A stretch of 64,000 nt of DNA from Promethearchaeota archaeon (lineage in GTDB: Archaea; Asgardarchaeota; Lokiarchaeia; Sigyniarchaeales; SOKP01): positions 288,001-352,000 of the forward strand of contig JAEOUA010000003.1 of NCBI GenBank assembly GCA_016839555.1, in the 5' to 3' direction. Of the stretch, positions 60,747 through 64,000 are shown one piece after another (positions within the stretch are counted from its first letter, which is position 1; each line of letters begins with the position of its first letter). The translations under genes were made by a program, and so were the position numbers. Under the pieces are notes generated by a model. That model saw only the letters and a program-made list of their open reading frames with translations. It was not told where the DNA came from and did no database searches.

Positions 60747-61991
60747 TTAATAAAATAAATTCTTTATATGTCTTTCATAAATGTTAAACATCACATGTTC
60801 AGAAACTATGCGTTCATTTCTTATTAATGCATCTATGAAGTTCTCCCCCATTTCCGCAGCAATTTTATAGGCAATGTGAAGTAATTGTCGGAAGTGTGGA
60901 TTGAACTTTTTATTATTTGAATCATGCTGTAATGTATTAACATATTCCTCACTCGTCCACTTGTTTACAGAATTTGGTGTTGGTAATTTTTCTCTATCTA
61001 TACTAATTACTTCCGTATATGGTTTGCATAATTCATCATAGCGTTTATATGCTTTATAGTAGATTTCTTTTACTATGCTCAAACCATCATTTCCAGCTAA
61101 TGCTAATCCTATTAATTCTTCAAGCCAAGTAGTACCTGCTGTTTTTAGATGAACTCCAGTATTGAAATTTTTAATTGCTTTATTTATTGGCTCATAGAGG
61201 GAAAATTTATCGCTTCCTGAATGTATACTTAATTTTAAATTATTAGGTAATGAGAATTCTTTTATAGCAAATTTAATAATAGCTAAATCATTTTCAAATT
61301 GCTTTGTAAATTGATTAATATTTCCAATGTAATCTATTCCTTTGATAAATGAGCCAATAAATTTTGGAGCTATAGTTTGTATAGGAATTTTTAGTTCTGC
61401 CGTGGCAAAGAGGATAAAAAATATTTCTAAGGGACTCTGAGGGCTATCCGTTTCATCCATTGAAATTTCTGTGATAAAATTATTTTCTCCCTTACCATTT
61501 TCAATTTTGCGATATATTTTACCCGCTTCTTTTACAGCAAGGAAATATTTTTCAGCAATGAGACAGATTTGTTCCTTGCTGATCTGAAGGGGGGTAGGAA
61601 TGTTTGGAATTTTTAATTCTCCCATATAAGCCTTGCATTTTTCTATAAACAAATTAAGTTCTTTTTTTGGAGCTTTTTTTCCAATAAATTCTGCCACATC
61701 AAGCGTGAAATAATTACTGTATTCCATAAATCGATCGACAGTTGAATATCCAATATGATCTGCATCAATAAAGTATTCGCCATCATAATTTAATTCATTT
61801 GCCGCATTTTTGGCTTCAATAAAAACATCTTGTGGTTTTGTATTAATTATGGAATGTTCCCTATTAGATTTATTCCATACAATTGCTAGTTTAATTCCAT
61901 CTTGTCTTGCTTTGATTACTGCACTAAGGAGGGCTTTTCCTTGCTGACCAAAGCGATCTCCCGTGCCAATACTATATATTGGTAATTTCAT
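60747..61991 (-). CDS. uxaE: Tagaturonate/fructuronate epimerase UxaE family
   Basis: GTGDRFG, DADHI, EISMDET, APKF.G.F.KGIDY, SIHSGSDKFS and HLKTAGTTWLE motifs. Confidence 0.92.
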   Translation of the reverse strand: MKLPIYSIGTGDRFGQQGKALLSAVIKARQDGIKLAIVWNKSNREHSIINTKPQDVFIEAKNAANELNYDGEYFIDADHIGYSTVDRFMEYSNYFTLDVAEFIGKKAPKKELNLFIEKCKAYMGELKIPNIPTPLQISKEQICLIAEKYFLAVKEAGKIYRKIENGKGENNFITEISMDETDSPQSPLEIFFILFATAELKIPIQTIAPKFIGSFIKGIDYIGNINQFTKQFENDLAIIKFAIKEFSLPNNLKLSIHSGSDKFSLYEPINKAIKNFNTGVHLKTAGTTWLEELIGLALAGNDGLSIVKEIYYKAYKRYDELCKPYTEVISIDREKLPTPNSVNKWTSEEYVNTLQHDSNNKKFNPHFRQLLHIAYKIAAEMGENFIDALIRNERIVSEHVMFNIYERHIKNLFY

Positions 61992-62123
61992 GTTAAATAC
62001 TAATTATTTTAAGATTTTTTTCAAAATTATAAGATCCCTAATTAAATTATATTTTAATCTCTATTTGATTTTCTTATAGTTTTTCTTTATAAAAGCAACA
62101 ATTTTAGTGCTTCTTATAAAAAA

Positions 62124-62306
62124 TCAAAAATTAAATTTATAGATATTTCTTGGCTCTTTATATGTACTGATTTGATAATTACAATCAGGAGAAGTACATA
62201 CCCATACAGGAGGGCTCCCTCCTACCACTGGAAAAAATATTAAATATCCTTTTCCACAAACTGGGCAGGGTGGAGAAGCGGTGTAGATATTTTCATTATT
62301 AGACAT
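62124..62306 (-). CDS. Small Zn-ribbon (CPxCG) protein
   Basis: CPVCGKG...WVCTSPDCNY. Confidence 0.65.
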   Translation of the reverse strand: MSNNENIYTASPPCPVCGKGYLIFFPVVGGSPPVWVCTSPDCNYQISTYKEPRNIYKFNF

Positions 62307-62416
62307 TTTAATCAAGTTTTACATATTGATTGAGTTTTAAAAATTTAATCCAATATAACTGTAATATAAAAATAGAGTATTACTTATTGATAAAATTATA
62401 AAGAAATATAAAAAAA

Positions 62417-63844
62417 TTATAAATTTGGTATTTTATCTTGCCAAGGTTGAATTTCTTCAAACGCTTTAGAGACTTGAAGTACAGTTTTTTCATCATAGCG
62501 CTTACCTACAATTTGCATTCCAATTGGTAATCCATTTTTAGTCCAGCTCGCTGGAATTGTAGCTGCAGGTAATCCAGTCATATTAAATGGATAGGTAAAT
62601 GTCATCCAGCTTACAATATTTAAAGGTCTGTTTCCAACTTTTGGAAAGACCGTTCCTGTCTCTAACCATTCTGGTTTAAATGCAGGACAAGGCAATGTTG
62701 GTGTAATTAAAAGGTCATAATTTTTGAAATATTCATACATTACCTCATATGTTCTTTTTCTAACCTCATTAGCTTTTCCAATACTAATTGAATCACAATC
62801 AAGACCGAATCTGATAGTCGCTACCAAATCAGGGGAGAGATCTTCAGGCCTTTTCTCATGATCGTTCTTTAAATCATATGCATACCCTATTCCTACTAAA
62901 GTTTTAAATGCTAATTCAGGGCTTCGTATTTTTATTTTTGCCTCTTCAACTTCCCAATTAAATTGTTCAAATTTTTGAACCTGGTTTAAGATGTTTTCTT
63001 CAATTTCCTCATTAAGAGCTTTCCCAAACCCGAGACTCATTGAAAATCCAATTTTCAGTTTTTTTGGTTTTTCCTCTAATATTTCAACATAATCGAGATC
63101 ATTATCAGGTAATGAATTGTTGTCTGCAGGATGATATCCCTTCATCACATTTAGCATTAAGGCCGCATCTTTCACATATCTTACTATTGGACCATAATGA
63201 TCCAATCCTATGAAAGCAATTCCAATACGAGGGTAACTTGGAATACGTCCATAGGTGGGTTTTAATCCATAGACCCCACAGCAACTACTGGGTATTCTTA
63301 TTGACCCACCACCATCAGATCCTAATGCTAATGGTCCTAAACCGCTGGCGACCGCAGAGGCAGCACCTCCACTTGAGCCTCCTGAATTAGTATCTAAATC
63401 CCAAGGATTCCTTGTTTCTCCAAAAATTTTATTATTGGTAAGCGCAATATGTCCAAACTCAGGAGTATTAGTCTTCCCAAGAATTACACATCCAGCGTCT
63501 TTTAATCTTTTTACTGCAATATCATCTTGTTCCGGAATAAAATCCTCATATAATTTAGATCCATAGGTTGTTCTAATCCCTTTTGTTTGCATCAAATCTT
63601 TGATGGAGGTAGGGATACCATTTAATAGACCAATTTTTTCACCATTTTTAACTGCATCATCTGCTTTTTTGGCCATCTCTCGTGCCAAATCAAAAGTGGT
63701 GGTACAGTAGGCATTAACTTTTGGATTTATCTTTTCGATACGCTCAATAATTCGTTCAGTTATTTCTTGTGAAGTAATTTCTTGAGATTTAATTTTCTCT
63801 CTCATTTCATAAGCCGATAAATAACATAGATCTTCATTACTCAT
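62417..63844 (-). CDS. Amidase signature family protein
   Basis: SIKDL, GKTNTPEFG, GGSSGG and GSDGGGSIRIP motifs. Confidence 0.95.
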   Translation of the reverse strand: MSNEDLCYLSAYEMREKIKSQEITSQEITERIIERIEKINPKVNAYCTTTFDLAREMAKKADDAVKNGEKIGLLNGIPTSIKDLMQTKGIRTTYGSKLYEDFIPEQDDIAVKRLKDAGCVILGKTNTPEFGHIALTNNKIFGETRNPWDLDTNSGGSSGGAASAVASGLGPLALGSDGGGSIRIPSSCCGVYGLKPTYGRIPSYPRIGIAFIGLDHYGPIVRYVKDAALMLNVMKGYHPADNNSLPDNDLDYVEILEEKPKKLKIGFSMSLGFGKALNEEIEENILNQVQKFEQFNWEVEEAKIKIRSPELAFKTLVGIGYAYDLKNDHEKRPEDLSPDLVATIRFGLDCDSISIGKANEVRKRTYEVMYEYFKNYDLLITPTLPCPAFKPEWLETGTVFPKVGNRPLNIVSWMTFTYPFNMTGLPAATIPASWTKNGLPIGMQIVGKRYDEKTVLQVSKAFEEIQPWQDKIPNL

Positions 63845-64000
63845 AGTGTTCACTTCTCTTAATCATTATAAAAATTTTTGAAATTTATACCAATTAAAAA
63901 TGAATTATTTTATTATTAAATTGTTTTGCCTATTAATTTATAATTATTATAAATTAGATATAAAAAATTAAATGATGAAAATCAAAAGCTCGTATTAAAA

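Overview
Very AT-rich archaeal chromosomal DNA, almost certainly Asgard (Lokiarchaeia-like). The assignment is inferred from archaeal core genes (SRP54, aIF5A, Nob1, FEN1, CDC48, archaeal GluRS, tRNA-Arg(GCG) with a BHB intron) together with Asgard-type proteins (roadblock, longin, gelsolin, HEAT+PCI, Loki-CTERM-like tail). About 55 CDSs are mostly housekeeping or sugar/lipid metabolism. No transposase, integrase, CRISPR array or rRNA is seen. Most notable: (1) a tight roadblock-roadblock-gelsolin-FIST operon followed by a LuxE/LuxC acyl-reductase pair; (2) a locus in which two paralogous SCP2 lipid-binding proteins flank an FGGY kinase and a dehydrogenase-aldolase fusion; (3) an apparent ATT start codon for aIF5A, plus a second candidate; (4) an adaptin-like HEAT-PCI-Ig protein; (5) an orphan AbiEii-like nucleotidyltransferase; (6) a GC-rich 7x201-bp FG-GAP propeller adhesin between SRP54 and aIF5A; (7) a D-aminoacylase with a large in-frame internal deletion. 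All family calls come from motif recognition by eye; no searches were run.
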